Shown here: in pieces, positions 8,629 through 16,502 of the stretch
Layout: every line of letters starts with the position of its first letter
Numbering within the stretch: position 1 is the stretch's first letter
IMG/VR virus record: IMGVR_UViG_3300028840_002150
Location: 38,421-102,420 of that record
Source: a virus
DNA length: 64,000 bases
Direction: 5' to 3' (one strand)
Program-made: the position numbers and the translations under genes
The notes under the pieces: model-generated
The model's database searches: none
Seen by the model: only the letters and a program-made list of their open reading frames with translations
What the model was told of the DNA's origin: nothing

Positions 8629-8880
8629 ATGCACGAGCTGAAACGAAAGTTCGAGGGCAAGGCGTTGGCGGATTACCCGGAGACCACCCGGATCCGCCTC
8701 AACCTGATTGGAGGCGGGGCCGAATACGTGGAAGTCCCTACCGCCGAAGTTTTTCAGCCGGGCGACTGGTTGGCCCGCCGCTTCGCCGGCATCAAGTTTT
8801 CCCTCTGCGAGCGGGCCATGCGTAAGCGGAACGTCCCGCTTTACAACGTCAAGACCTTCGCCGTCGAAAGCCCCGAATGA
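8629..8880 (+). CDS. hypothetical protein
   Basis: Follows leader and RBS. Confidence 0.55.
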   Translation: MHELKRKFEGKALADYPETTRIRLNLIGGGAEYVEVPTAEVFQPGDWLARRFAGIKFSLCERAMRKRNVPLYNVKTFAVESPE

Positions 8881-9095
8881 TGGACGACCTAGCCGCCAAA
8901 ATCAACGCCCACCTGGAAGCCGGCGGAGTCGTCCAGGTGACCACCTATCTCCGTAGTACGGTCTACAACGCCAAGCATACGGGGTGGTTCTACGAGCGGG
9001 GCGGGGAGTTGTTCGTCCGGCGCGGGCGCTCGGCGGATTGCCTGTCCTGCGCCGGGCGTCCCGCTGTCGGGATTCGGTTTGGCCGGTATTCCTGA
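8877..9095 (+). CDS. hypothetical protein
   Basis: ATGA coupling. Confidence 0.55.
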   Translation: MMDDLAAKINAHLEAGGVVQVTTYLRSTVYNAKHTGWFYERGGELFVRRGRSADCLSCAGRPAVGIRFGRYS

Positions 9096-9131
9096 ATTTC
9101 GGCCAATATCGGCCTATCCCCGGCGAATACC
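9094..9131 (+). promoter_or_regulatory. early operator/promoter cassette
   Basis: GAATTT-CGGCC-AATATC-N12-GCGAATACC. Confidence 0.75.
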
Positions 9132-9177
9132 ATAATGGAGGCGACACGATATGACCACCAACCACGGAGAACGCGAA

Positions 9178-9336
9178 ATGGCCCGAAAACCCCGCGAGGA
9201 GCACACCCGCAACATCCTGAACTCCGACCCCCACGAATTGGACGAATACCTGGAGTACCTGGAAACGGAGGGCTACACGGTCCGACGGATCAGGGAAAGC
9301 CGAGACGGACGATACTGGGAAGTCACCTTCAGCTAA
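9178..9336 (+). CDS. hypothetical protein
   Basis: CCAACCACGGAG leader and RBS. Confidence 0.55.
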   Translation: MARKPREEHTRNILNSDPHELDEYLEYLETEGYTVRRIRESRDGRYWEVTFS

Positions 9337-9363
9337 CCCTACAGCAAAATAGAAAGCACACCC

Positions 9364-9627
9364 ATGAAGTACGGGCCCGCAAACTCGAACTGGAAAGGCG
9401 GCACTCGTTCCAATTGGATGGGGGCCGGTGAACGCGCTTTTTGGCAGGCCGCCCAGGCAAAGAACCTGCTGAAGCGGATATTGACCACGCATTGCGACGC
9501 GAGGGGCGAGCTGCCCGGATTCACGCGGGACGAGCAGCAATGGGCGATGCGGGTATGCCGCGAGCGTCCGGATTGGGCCGAGGACACACTGAAAAGCCTC
9601 GGGTTTCCGCCAAAATCTGCGGAGTAA
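9364..9627 (+). CDS. hypothetical protein (GPANSNWKGG, NUMOD-like N-terminus)
   Basis: Motif typical of HNH-associated DNA-binding repeats. Confidence 0.45.
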   Translation: MKYGPANSNWKGGTRSNWMGAGERAFWQAAQAKNLLKRILTTHCDARGELPGFTRDEQQWAMRVCRERPDWAEDTLKSLGFPPKSAE

Positions 9628-9642
9628 ATCGGAGACAAAGCC

Positions 9643-9852
9643 ATGCCAAACCAAACCGAACCCCTCACGAAAGCATCCCACTCCATCGGCTTCGCCATGG
9701 ACGATCTACGGGCCGCGCTAAATCGGTCCGGCCCGGTGGAAGCCCTGGTCATTGCGGAGCTGATCCGCAAAGCGGCCCGGCTACGGAATGACATCTCCGC
9801 CCTACTCGGGGCGATGGAGATGGAGTCGGAGCGGACATCCACGGTGCCCTGA
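9643..9852 (+). CDS. hypothetical protein
   Basis: GGAG RBS. Confidence 0.55.
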   Translation: MPNQTEPLTKASHSIGFAMDDLRAALNRSGPVEALVIAELIRKAARLRNDISALLGAMEMESERTSTVP

Positions 9853-9875
9853 TTTAGAACCGCCTGCCATTTGCC

Positions 9876-9915
9876 GATATTTCGCCAATATTCCGCGCTT
9901 CCCGGCGAATACCTA
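9876..9915 (+). promoter_or_regulatory. early operator/promoter cassette
   Basis: GATATT-TCGCC-AATATT-N12-GCGAATACCTA. Confidence 0.8.
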
Positions 9916-9956
9916 AGTAGACAACACAACACTACTTACCACCGGAGGCGCGAATC

Positions 9957-10370
9957 ATGCAGGCTATCACCCACCACGACCCGCTCAACATCACCACCCA
10001 CAACGGAACGGTGACCGTCCACAACCCGAAGACCGGCAACCACCGCACGTTCCGTATCCGCACCCAGCCGGACAATGCGGAGTTTGCGCCGGGCGAGCGG
10101 GTGGTTTCCTTGCTCACCGGCCCGGACAATGAGGGCGACTACCGCGGCTTCGGCTTCGTGATGGCCGACGGCCGCATCCGGCTCTGGCGCCGCTGCCAAA
10201 CCGCCACCTTCGAAGCCTACGCCCGCATCTTAATGAACCCCGACCACTACGCGATTCACCACGGGCTGGAGTTCATGTCCGAGGGCCGATGCCGCCGCTG
10301 CAACCGGACGCTCACCACCCCGGAGTCGGTGGCATCCGGAATCGGACCCGTATGTGCCGGCCGCGAGTAG
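9957..10370 (+). CDS. DUF6011-like Zn-finger domain protein
   Basis: C-terminal GRCRRCNRTLTTPESVASGIGPVC. Confidence 0.75.
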   Translation: MQAITHHDPLNITTHNGTVTVHNPKTGNHRTFRIRTQPDNAEFAPGERVVSLLTGPDNEGDYRGFGFVMADGRIRLWRRCQTATFEAYARILMNPDHYAIHHGLEFMSEGRCRRCNRTLTTPESVASGIGPVCAGRE

Positions 10371-10407
10371 TGCCCGATAATTTCGGCAAATCCGCCATTT
10401 CGGCTAT

Positions 10408-10495
10408 CCCTACCCGCTTGACAGCCGGTAGGGTTTTTGCTTACCCTGATATTGCGTAAACATTAGGCAGCCGGTCCTAGTATTCGGGCAATATC
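10408..10495 (+). promoter_or_regulatory. terminator overlapping a sigma70-like promoter, plus two operator-like palindromes
   Basis: CCCTACC/GGTAGGG plus TTTTT; TTGACA(10418)-N18-TACCCT; operator-like sites at 10448 and 10479. Confidence 0.5.
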
Positions 10496-10503
10496 GGGAA
10501 TCC

Positions 10504-11859
10504 ATGGCAAGAGCAAAGAACCAAGAGGCCGCCAAGCAGGCGGAATCCGAACCCGTCAAGTCCGCCCCCTCCGGGCCGCGCATCCGCAACAAGGAAATCC
10601 GCACCGTTAGGGTAGCGGATATTCTGGACCACCCGAAAAACTGGAGGCGGCACCCAGCCGAACAACAAGCTGCCCTGGACGGCGTGGTTTCCGAAATCGG
10701 CTGGATTGGCTACCCCGATGCTTTCGAGCACCCGTCTTATCCGGGCAAAATCATGCTCGTTGACGGCCACCTTCGCAAAGCCCACCTGATCGGCAAGTAC
10801 GGGGAAGACGCCGAAATCCAAGTCAACGTCACCGATCTGGATATCGAGGAGGCGGATAAGGCGCTAGTCACACGGGACCCGTTGGCGGCCATGGCGGAAA
10901 CGGACGCGGCCATTCTGCGGGATGTATTGGCCGGGATCGAAGCGGAAAACGCCGATCTTGCGGCCATGCTCGAAGCCTTAGACGAGGACGCACAGGCAAT
11001 CCTGGAAGACGCGGCAGAATCGGAACCGCCCGAAATCACCGAAGATGAAGTCCCGGAACCGCCAGCGGACCCCATTACAAGACCGGGAGACCTGTGGATA
11101 CTCGGGGAGCATCGGTTGCTATGCGGGGACTCGACTAAGGCGGAGGATGTGAAAAAATTGATGGAAGAAATGCGTGCGTATCTTTTGGCGACAGATCCGC
11201 CGTATGGGGTCAATTTTGCGGGAGCCAAATACAACCCCCGCGCAAAGCATTGGGATGGAATCCAAAACGACACGAAGCAAGGCGAAGACCTTAAGTCGTT
11301 CGTTGTCGCAACATTGAATGCCTGGGTGCCGTATATCGATGAAGCAGCCGGGTTCTATTTTTGGACAGCAGCGATGGAAGAAGGCGCCGCCGCCGCCGCC
11401 GCCATTCGAGAAATCGGCTTACACATCCAGTCACAAATTATCTGGAACAAAAATACACTCGTCTTGGGACAGGCCGACTATCAATGGAAGCACGAAAATT
11501 GCTGGTACGCATTCTGGAAGGGGAAACACCATAGATGGTTCGGGGGACGAGATAAAACGACTGTCTGGGATGTTGCGAAGGTGGCAAATTCTGCGTATGA
11601 ACACCCGATGCAAAAACCAGTTGAATTGTACGCTATTCCGATCCGTCACCACACCCAAAACGGCGAGGTGATCGCCGAGCCATTCGCGGGAAGTGGTTCT
11701 CAGTTTATCGCCGCCGAACAGTTGGGCCGCAAATGCTACGGCATGGAAATCGGCCCGCAATACTGCGACGTAATTCTCAACCGCTTCCGCAAGTTACGAC
11801 CGAACAAGCCGATCACCCGTCAAGACGGCAAGACATGGGACGAGTTATCCGCCGCATAG
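10504..11859 (+). CDS. ParB-like N-terminal domain plus N6-adenine/N4-cytosine DNA methyltransferase
   Basis: HPKNWRRHP and DGHLR (ParB); GEHRLLCGDST, TDPPYG, HPMQKPVEL, EPFAGSGS. Confidence 0.9.
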   Translation: MARAKNQEAAKQAESEPVKSAPSGPRIRNKEIRTVRVADILDHPKNWRRHPAEQQAALDGVVSEIGWIGYPDAFEHPSYPGKIMLVDGHLRKAHLIGKYGEDAEIQVNVTDLDIEEADKALVTRDPLAAMAETDAAILRDVLAGIEAENADLAAMLEALDEDAQAILEDAAESEPPEITEDEVPEPPADPITRPGDLWILGEHRLLCGDSTKAEDVKKLMEEMRAYLLATDPPYGVNFAGAKYNPRAKHWDGIQNDTKQGEDLKSFVVATLNAWVPYIDEAAGFYFWTAAMEEGAAAAAAIREIGLHIQSQIIWNKNTLVLGQADYQWKHENCWYAFWKGKHHRWFGGRDKTTVWDVAKVANSAYEHPMQKPVELYAIPIRHHTQNGEVIAEPFAGSGSQFIAAEQLGRKCYGMEIGPQYCDVILNRFRKLRPNKPITRQDGKTWDELSAA

Positions 11860-11870
11860 GCTAAGCCCCG

Positions 11871-12296
11871 ATGCCATCCAACAAAACCCCTAACCACCTA
11901 CCCGCCGAACCTTCACGGGGGCAGGGGGGTGCTATGTTCGAGGACGACGCCTTCTACAAGGCGGACTTGCGACTCCTCGAACGGGCCGCCCGCCACAACT
12001 GGCCGGTAGACGAAAACATGCGGAAAGCATTGGTCAACAAGGTAGCCCGCATCGCCCTAACCACGGAAGACCCCGACTACACGATTAAGGGGGTCCGCAC
12101 AGTTGGCTACCTTGACAGCCTCAACATACAGCGGGAGCGGTTAGCCTTGCCGACGGCGTTACATCAGCACCTACACCTAGAGGGAATGGGCGAGGAACGA
12201 ACGGTGGAGCTGGAGCGGATGTGCGAAATCATGCCCGAGGAAGACCGCCGCGCATTATCCCGCATGACCGGCAAGTGGAAGCCCGCCGTAGAGTAA
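11871..12296 (+). CDS. putative terminase small subunit
   Basis: Position immediately before TerL; helical; C-terminal HQHLHL strand. Confidence 0.5.
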   Translation: MPSNKTPNHLPAEPSRGQGGAMFEDDAFYKADLRLLERAARHNWPVDENMRKALVNKVARIALTTEDPDYTIKGVRTVGYLDSLNIQRERLALPTALHQHLHLEGMGEERTVELERMCEIMPEEDRRALSRMTGKWKPAVE

Positions 12297-12312
12297 GAAC
12301 GGAAGGCCGCAT

Positions 12313-14412
12313 GTGGCGAAGCTGGGAACCGAAGTGGCAATGGCGGCAAGCGGGGCCACGCTGGAAGAGGCCGGGCTGGCGTGTATCGGATGGGACTGCC
12401 CGCGGGACCTGAAGTTCTTTGCCGAAGTGTTTTGGGGCGTAGTGGAGCCGGGGAGGGACCTGATATGGGGGAAACATCTATCGGCCATAGCCGAACACCT
12501 GGAAGCCGTCCGGCGCCGGCAAATCAAGCGGCTACTGATTACCGTCCCGCCGCGTACCACCAAATCCTCCCTGGTATCGGTGCTCTGGCCGGCGCAAGTC
12601 TGGACAACCGATCCGAGCCACCAGTTCCTTTGCGTATCCCACTCGGACGGGCTGGCTACGCGGGACACTCGGAAGATGCGGTCTATCGTGGAGTCGGACC
12701 TGTACCAATCCTATTGGGGCCGGGCTACCCGGCTAAGCCACGACCAAAACCAGAAGACCCGCTTCGAGAACGTGAGCCGCGGCCAGCGGGTGTCCTTCGG
12801 CATCTCGGCATCTTTCACCGGCGAGGGCGGAGACACGATCATCCTGGACGATTTGCTTGACCGGGACCGGGCCATGAGCGAGGCCCACCGCATCGCGGCT
12901 ATCGAGGCGCTGGACGAGAAGATCAGCACCCGGCTCAACGACCCGGCAACCGGGGCTATCGTGATGATCGCTCAACGCTTACACGAATCCGACCCCCCCG
13001 GACATGCCATCAAGCAAGGCGGATGGGAACACCTAAACCTGCCGATGCGGTTTGAGCCGGACCACCCGTTCCTATCCACCACATCGCTTCATTTCGTGGA
13101 CTGGCGGACCCAAGACGGGGAGTTACTGTGGCCGAAGCGGTTTCCCGAAAACGTGGTCAAGCAAATGGAGCGAACCCTTGGGCCCTACGGATCGGCCGGG
13201 CAGTTGCAACAGCGGCCGGCGCCCAGGGGTGGCGGGATGTTCAAGCGGGACTGGTTCCAGCCGGTGGCCCGCCAAAATGCCCCGCCTATCTCGGATTACG
13301 ACGAGCTGTGCCGATTCTGGGATTTGGGCGGCACGGAGGACGGGGGCGACCCGACAGCCGGGGTGCTGATCGGCCGCCGCGGGGCCAAGTATTTCATCCA
13401 CGGCTGCCAGCAGGGGCAATGGTCCGCCAATGACCGGGACACGCGGATCGTACAGACCGCCTCCCACGACAACGCCCTATTCGGGCCGAAGGTAATGACC
13501 GGCGTGGAACAGGAACCCGGCGCCGCCGGCAAGCAGGTGGCGGAAAACCTGGTCCACCGGCTAACTGGATCCGGCTACCGGGCGTTTAAGGAGCCGGCGC
13601 AAGGCGACAAGCCCACCCGCGCGGAGTCATTCCAGGCCGCTTGTGAGCGCGGTGATGTCTACGTGATCGAGGGGGACTGGCTGGAGCCGTTCCTGGCCGA
13701 GCTGGAGCTATTCCCCTACGGGCAGCATGACGACCGCGTGGATGCGGTTTCCGGGGCGTTCCGCTATGTGAGCCGAGACCACGGGCACCCACTGGACCCG
13801 CACGCCGTAGTGGCCGCGGCCGGCATGACCTACGAAGAGGCCCGCAAGTTCGATACGTTCCGGGCATCCGTTGGCGCGGTCTATCGAGATTACCGAACCC
13901 AGGAAATCGGCTTTGCTTTGGTCGGGGTCAATCCGGATGTACGGGAGTACACCTTGCTGGATTCGGCCCAATACGACCGGGCCGACGAAGCCGCGGCCAA
14001 GGACATCAGCGCCAGGGCCAAGGCACGCCGGGTACTCGGGATCGGCTATCCGGAAGCTGACGGGCATTCATTCGCCTCGTTGCTGAAGAAGGCGTGGGCA
14101 GAATCGGAAGCCCGACCGGATCCGAAATTCGCCGGACCGCTGACGGTCTACCCCAAGGAGCTATCCCCAAAGGTCCGAACCATTATTGGCGGTCACGTCG
14201 TCACCGCCTTCCGGGATGGCAAGCTGCAACTGTTCGAGGACGACGAGCTACTTCGCCAAATCATCCGACTACCGATCGCCCGCAAGCCAGCGGGGTTCTC
14301 GTTGGAGGACCCCGAGGAGCACCAGACCAACCTGGCCCGCGCCTACGCGCTCGCCTTGGCCATGTTCTGGGCGCCGTACAACATGGCCCAATACTTGCGG
14401 GAGAAGAATTAG
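12313..14412 (+). CDS. terL: terminase large subunit with C-terminal extension
   Basis: RLLITVPPRTTKS Walker A, IILDD Walker B, QRLHESD, QLQQRP, FWDLG, FPYGQHDDRVDA nuclease motifs. Confidence 0.93.
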   Translation: MAKLGTEVAMAASGATLEEAGLACIGWDCPRDLKFFAEVFWGVVEPGRDLIWGKHLSAIAEHLEAVRRRQIKRLLITVPPRTTKSSLVSVLWPAQVWTTDPSHQFLCVSHSDGLATRDTRKMRSIVESDLYQSYWGRATRLSHDQNQKTRFENVSRGQRVSFGISASFTGEGGDTIILDDLLDRDRAMSEAHRIAAIEALDEKISTRLNDPATGAIVMIAQRLHESDPPGHAIKQGGWEHLNLPMRFEPDHPFLSTTSLHFVDWRTQDGELLWPKRFPENVVKQMERTLGPYGSAGQLQQRPAPRGGGMFKRDWFQPVARQNAPPISDYDELCRFWDLGGTEDGGDPTAGVLIGRRGAKYFIHGCQQGQWSANDRDTRIVQTASHDNALFGPKVMTGVEQEPGAAGKQVAENLVHRLTGSGYRAFKEPAQGDKPTRAESFQAACERGDVYVIEGDWLEPFLAELELFPYGQHDDRVDAVSGAFRYVSRDHGHPLDPHAVVAAAGMTYEEARKFDTFRASVGAVYRDYRTQEIGFALVGVNPDVREYTLLDSAQYDRADEAAAKDISARAKARRVLGIGYPEADGHSFASLLKKAWAESEARPDPKFAGPLTVYPKELSPKVRTIIGGHVVTAFRDGKLQLFEDDELLRQIIRLPIARKPAGFSLEDPEEHQTNLARAYALALAMFWAPYNMAQYLREKN

Positions 14413-14702
14413 TGGACGAGGACCAGGACTGCCGCGGTGATGCGTTCGAGTGGGAATTATTCGGCCAGTACATCAAGGCGCTCAACAACACCAAGTTCGT
14501 GGAGCCGGCCGAGATGCGGCGAATGGAAGCGGGCCGCGGTTGCGAGTGCTGCGGGCTACCATCCAAGGGTAAGCGGCACGGGTACCGCTGCTGCGGGGAC
14601 GGACATTGCAAGCGGCATTTGGACGCGGTTTTCGAATCGCACCAATTGGCCGACAGAATCCGGGGGTCAAGGCGGAATCACGCGAGGCCGGATCCGCTTT
14701 GA
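14412..14702 (+). CDS. Cys-rich hypothetical protein
   Basis: GGAG RBS; GTG overlapping the TerL stop. Confidence 0.45.
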   Translation: MDEDQDCRGDAFEWELFGQYIKALNNTKFVEPAEMRRMEAGRGCECCGLPSKGKRHGYRCCGDGHCKRHLDAVFESHQLADRIRGSRRNHARPDPL

Positions 14703-14727
14703 CTTGTTTCTGATTTTGTGGTACTAT
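14699..14727 (+). promoter_or_regulatory. sigma70-type promoter
   Basis: TTGACT-N17-TACTAT. Confidence 0.7.
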
Positions 14728-14753
14728 CGGAGCGAGCGGAGGGGGTGAATGGG

Positions 14754-15038
14754 ATGGAAAAGGTAAAGCAAATAACGTGCATGGTTTGTTTTCGAGAATT
14801 TCGCGTCAAGCAGCATGAAGGGCGGAGCAAGTACGTCGGGACATGCCCGTATTGCGTGACTTACGACAATGGGACCGCGTTTGGACGGCTGTCGACCAAC
14901 GCGGAGTTAGCGCTTTGCGAGGAATTCGGGCATGAGTGGGTTCTCACTCGCGATGGCGTTTACAAGTGCCAGCGTTGCGGGTACTGGGAGAAGCGAAAGA
15001 AAGGTGACCTCTGGTTGTCGATCACTGACTACCGGTAG
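14754..15038 (+). CDS. double Zn-ribbon protein
   Basis: CxxC, CPxC, C..GHEW..CxRCG. Confidence 0.55.
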   Translation: MEKVKQITCMVCFREFRVKQHEGRSKYVGTCPYCVTYDNGTAFGRLSTNAELALCEEFGHEWVLTRDGVYKCQRCGYWEKRKKGDLWLSITDYR

Positions 15039-15066
15039 CTCGGCTCCGAGGCAAGGAGCAATTGAC

Positions 15067-15294
15067 ATGAAACTACCCTGGTACGACTACATCCCGATTG
15101 TTGGAATGGTGACCGAACTTGTGAAAGCAAAGGTGAATGACTGCAGCGATGTTTACATACCGAATCCGAACAGATACCGCTTTGTTCGGCCGCGGCACAA
15201 AGATGGGATGCTAAAGCGTGACGCTGAGGGAAACTTGCTTCCGTTTATCGACCAGCACAAAACGGGGCACTACGACTATCGCTTAGATGAATGA
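15067..15294 (+). CDS. hypothetical protein
   Basis: AAGGAG RBS; flanked by 22-bp imperfect repeats. Confidence 0.55.
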   Translation: MKLPWYDYIPIVGMVTELVKAKVNDCSDVYIPNPNRYRFVRPRHKDGMLKRDAEGNLLPFIDQHKTGHYDYRLDE

Positions 15295-15365
15295 CTGTCG
15301 GTAGCTCGGCTTCACCGCATGACCTGATTTCGGGCAATATCAGACAACCAAACGAAAGGGACGGC

Positions 15366-15554
15366 ATGGATAGGATTCTCATGGGGTTGGCTTGCGGGTG
15401 TATTGGGGGCTGCGTAGCGTTTTGCCTTTGCTCCGTTGGAATGGCGGTGGTGTGCGTTACGACCGGCGAGCCAATAGCTACCGCGTTGGCCACGGGGGCG
15501 GGATGTGGGTTGGGCGTCGGAACGGTCAACGGGATACTCGGCGCGGCGAGCTAG
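15366..15554 (+). CDS. small Gly/Cys-rich membrane peptide
   Basis: Two hydrophobic glycine-zipper helices. Confidence 0.5.
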   Translation: MDRILMGLACGCIGGCVAFCLCSVGMAVVCVTTGEPIATALATGAGCGLGVGTVNGILGAAS

Positions 15555-15626
15555 TGCGGTGTTATTGCGGTGGTGATGCCTACGGAGCCCACCACCCAAA
15601 CATTCGAGAACAAAGGGCACACAGGC

Positions 15627-15932
15627 ATGAAGTGTTGCGGAGAAGACAGGACAACCCCGTTTTGCCCGATGTGCGGAAAGCAATTGAGGCAACCCCACCC
15701 GCTTGACTCGCTAGTGAAACACTGTCAGGTGACGAGCAAGGGGCAGCGCAGCCAAGCGGAAAACTACCGCAGACAAGCGGAAAACTACCGCAGACAGGCG
15801 AAGACACCTGACGAAGAAAAGGCGGCTTGGTTTGACTCGCTTGCCGATGCCGCGGACAAGAAAGCCTCAAAGTGGGAACGATGGGCGACCGCGATTGAGA
15901 AACTGATTCTGAAAACACCGGACTACCAGTAG
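15627..15932 (+). CDS. Zn-ribbon plus coiled-coil protein
   Basis: CC...FCPMCG; tandem QAENYRR repeat. Confidence 0.55.
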   Translation: MKCCGEDRTTPFCPMCGKQLRQPHPLDSLVKHCQVTSKGQRSQAENYRRQAENYRRQAKTPDEEKAAWFDSLADAADKKASKWERWATAIEKLILKTPDYQ

Positions 15933-15992
15933 CGTTCGGAATCACGCAAGGCCGGATCCGCTGTAACCATTTTCCGATATGGGGGCAATATC

Positions 15993-16502
15993 ATGGAGCG
16001 AAAGCGTGGGTACGGGCAAGCGGAACCGACGGTCGGCAAGCCGGTGGAGCTGCCGCAGCCAGCCGGGCAACGATGCGAGCCGCAGTTGGATCCGGGCGAG
16101 TGGGGCATTCTATTACAGCGGCGCAGAACGGACTCGGAGCAATGGCGGGAATGCCGGTGGTTTAGCCTGGAGGAAATCGCGGATGCCCTGTGGGAACAAG
16201 CGGCGCGGGCGTTTCAGGTGTTGGAAAGCGACTACGTACAGCCGATTAAGCCGATCCCCTGGACCGACTGCCTGTGCTCCGAAGTCGTCTGCCTGGATCC
16301 GGACGCAGAGTATCCGCCGGTAGCTGACACGCTGGAACGCGCGGAGGGCGAAAGCCAGTTCGATTACGAGGACCGGCTAGTGCGGCATTTTCACGGTGAG
16401 GATGCCTGTCTTAACCGAACAGATAACGGGGCACCGTGGGCCATGCCATGCACGAAGAAGCGGGGCCATGAGGGACCGTGTAAGTTCGAGGGTTACGCAT
16501 GA
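15993..16502 (+). CDS. hypothetical protein
   Basis: ATG directly after an operator palindrome (15976-15992); C-terminal C..C..H..C. Confidence 0.5.
   Translation: MERKRGYGQAEPTVGKPVELPQPAGQRCEPQLDPGEWGILLQRRRTDSEQWRECRWFSLEEIADALWEQAARAFQVLESDYVQPIKPIPWTDCLCSEVVCLDPDAEYPPVADTLERAEGESQFDYEDRLVRHFHGEDACLNRTDNGAPWAMPCTKKRGHEGPCKFEGYA

Larger units (their letters stand above)
14673..15962. mobile_element. moron-like insertion flanked by 26-bp direct repeats
   Basis: CGGAATCACGC(G/A)AGGCCGGATCCGCT at 14673-14698 and 15937-15962; lower GC; own promoter. Confidence 0.65.

Noticed and set aside
309-9915. Repeated motifs as a CRISPR array or integron attC sites
   Set aside because: Spacing is irregular (0.3-3.4 kb), the intervening sequences are genes, the repeats are bipartite and promoter-like, and no cas or integron integrase gene is present.
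11386-11403. (GCC)6 tract as a phase-variation switch
   Set aside because: A trinucleotide unit keeps the frame, so it cannot switch the gene on or off.
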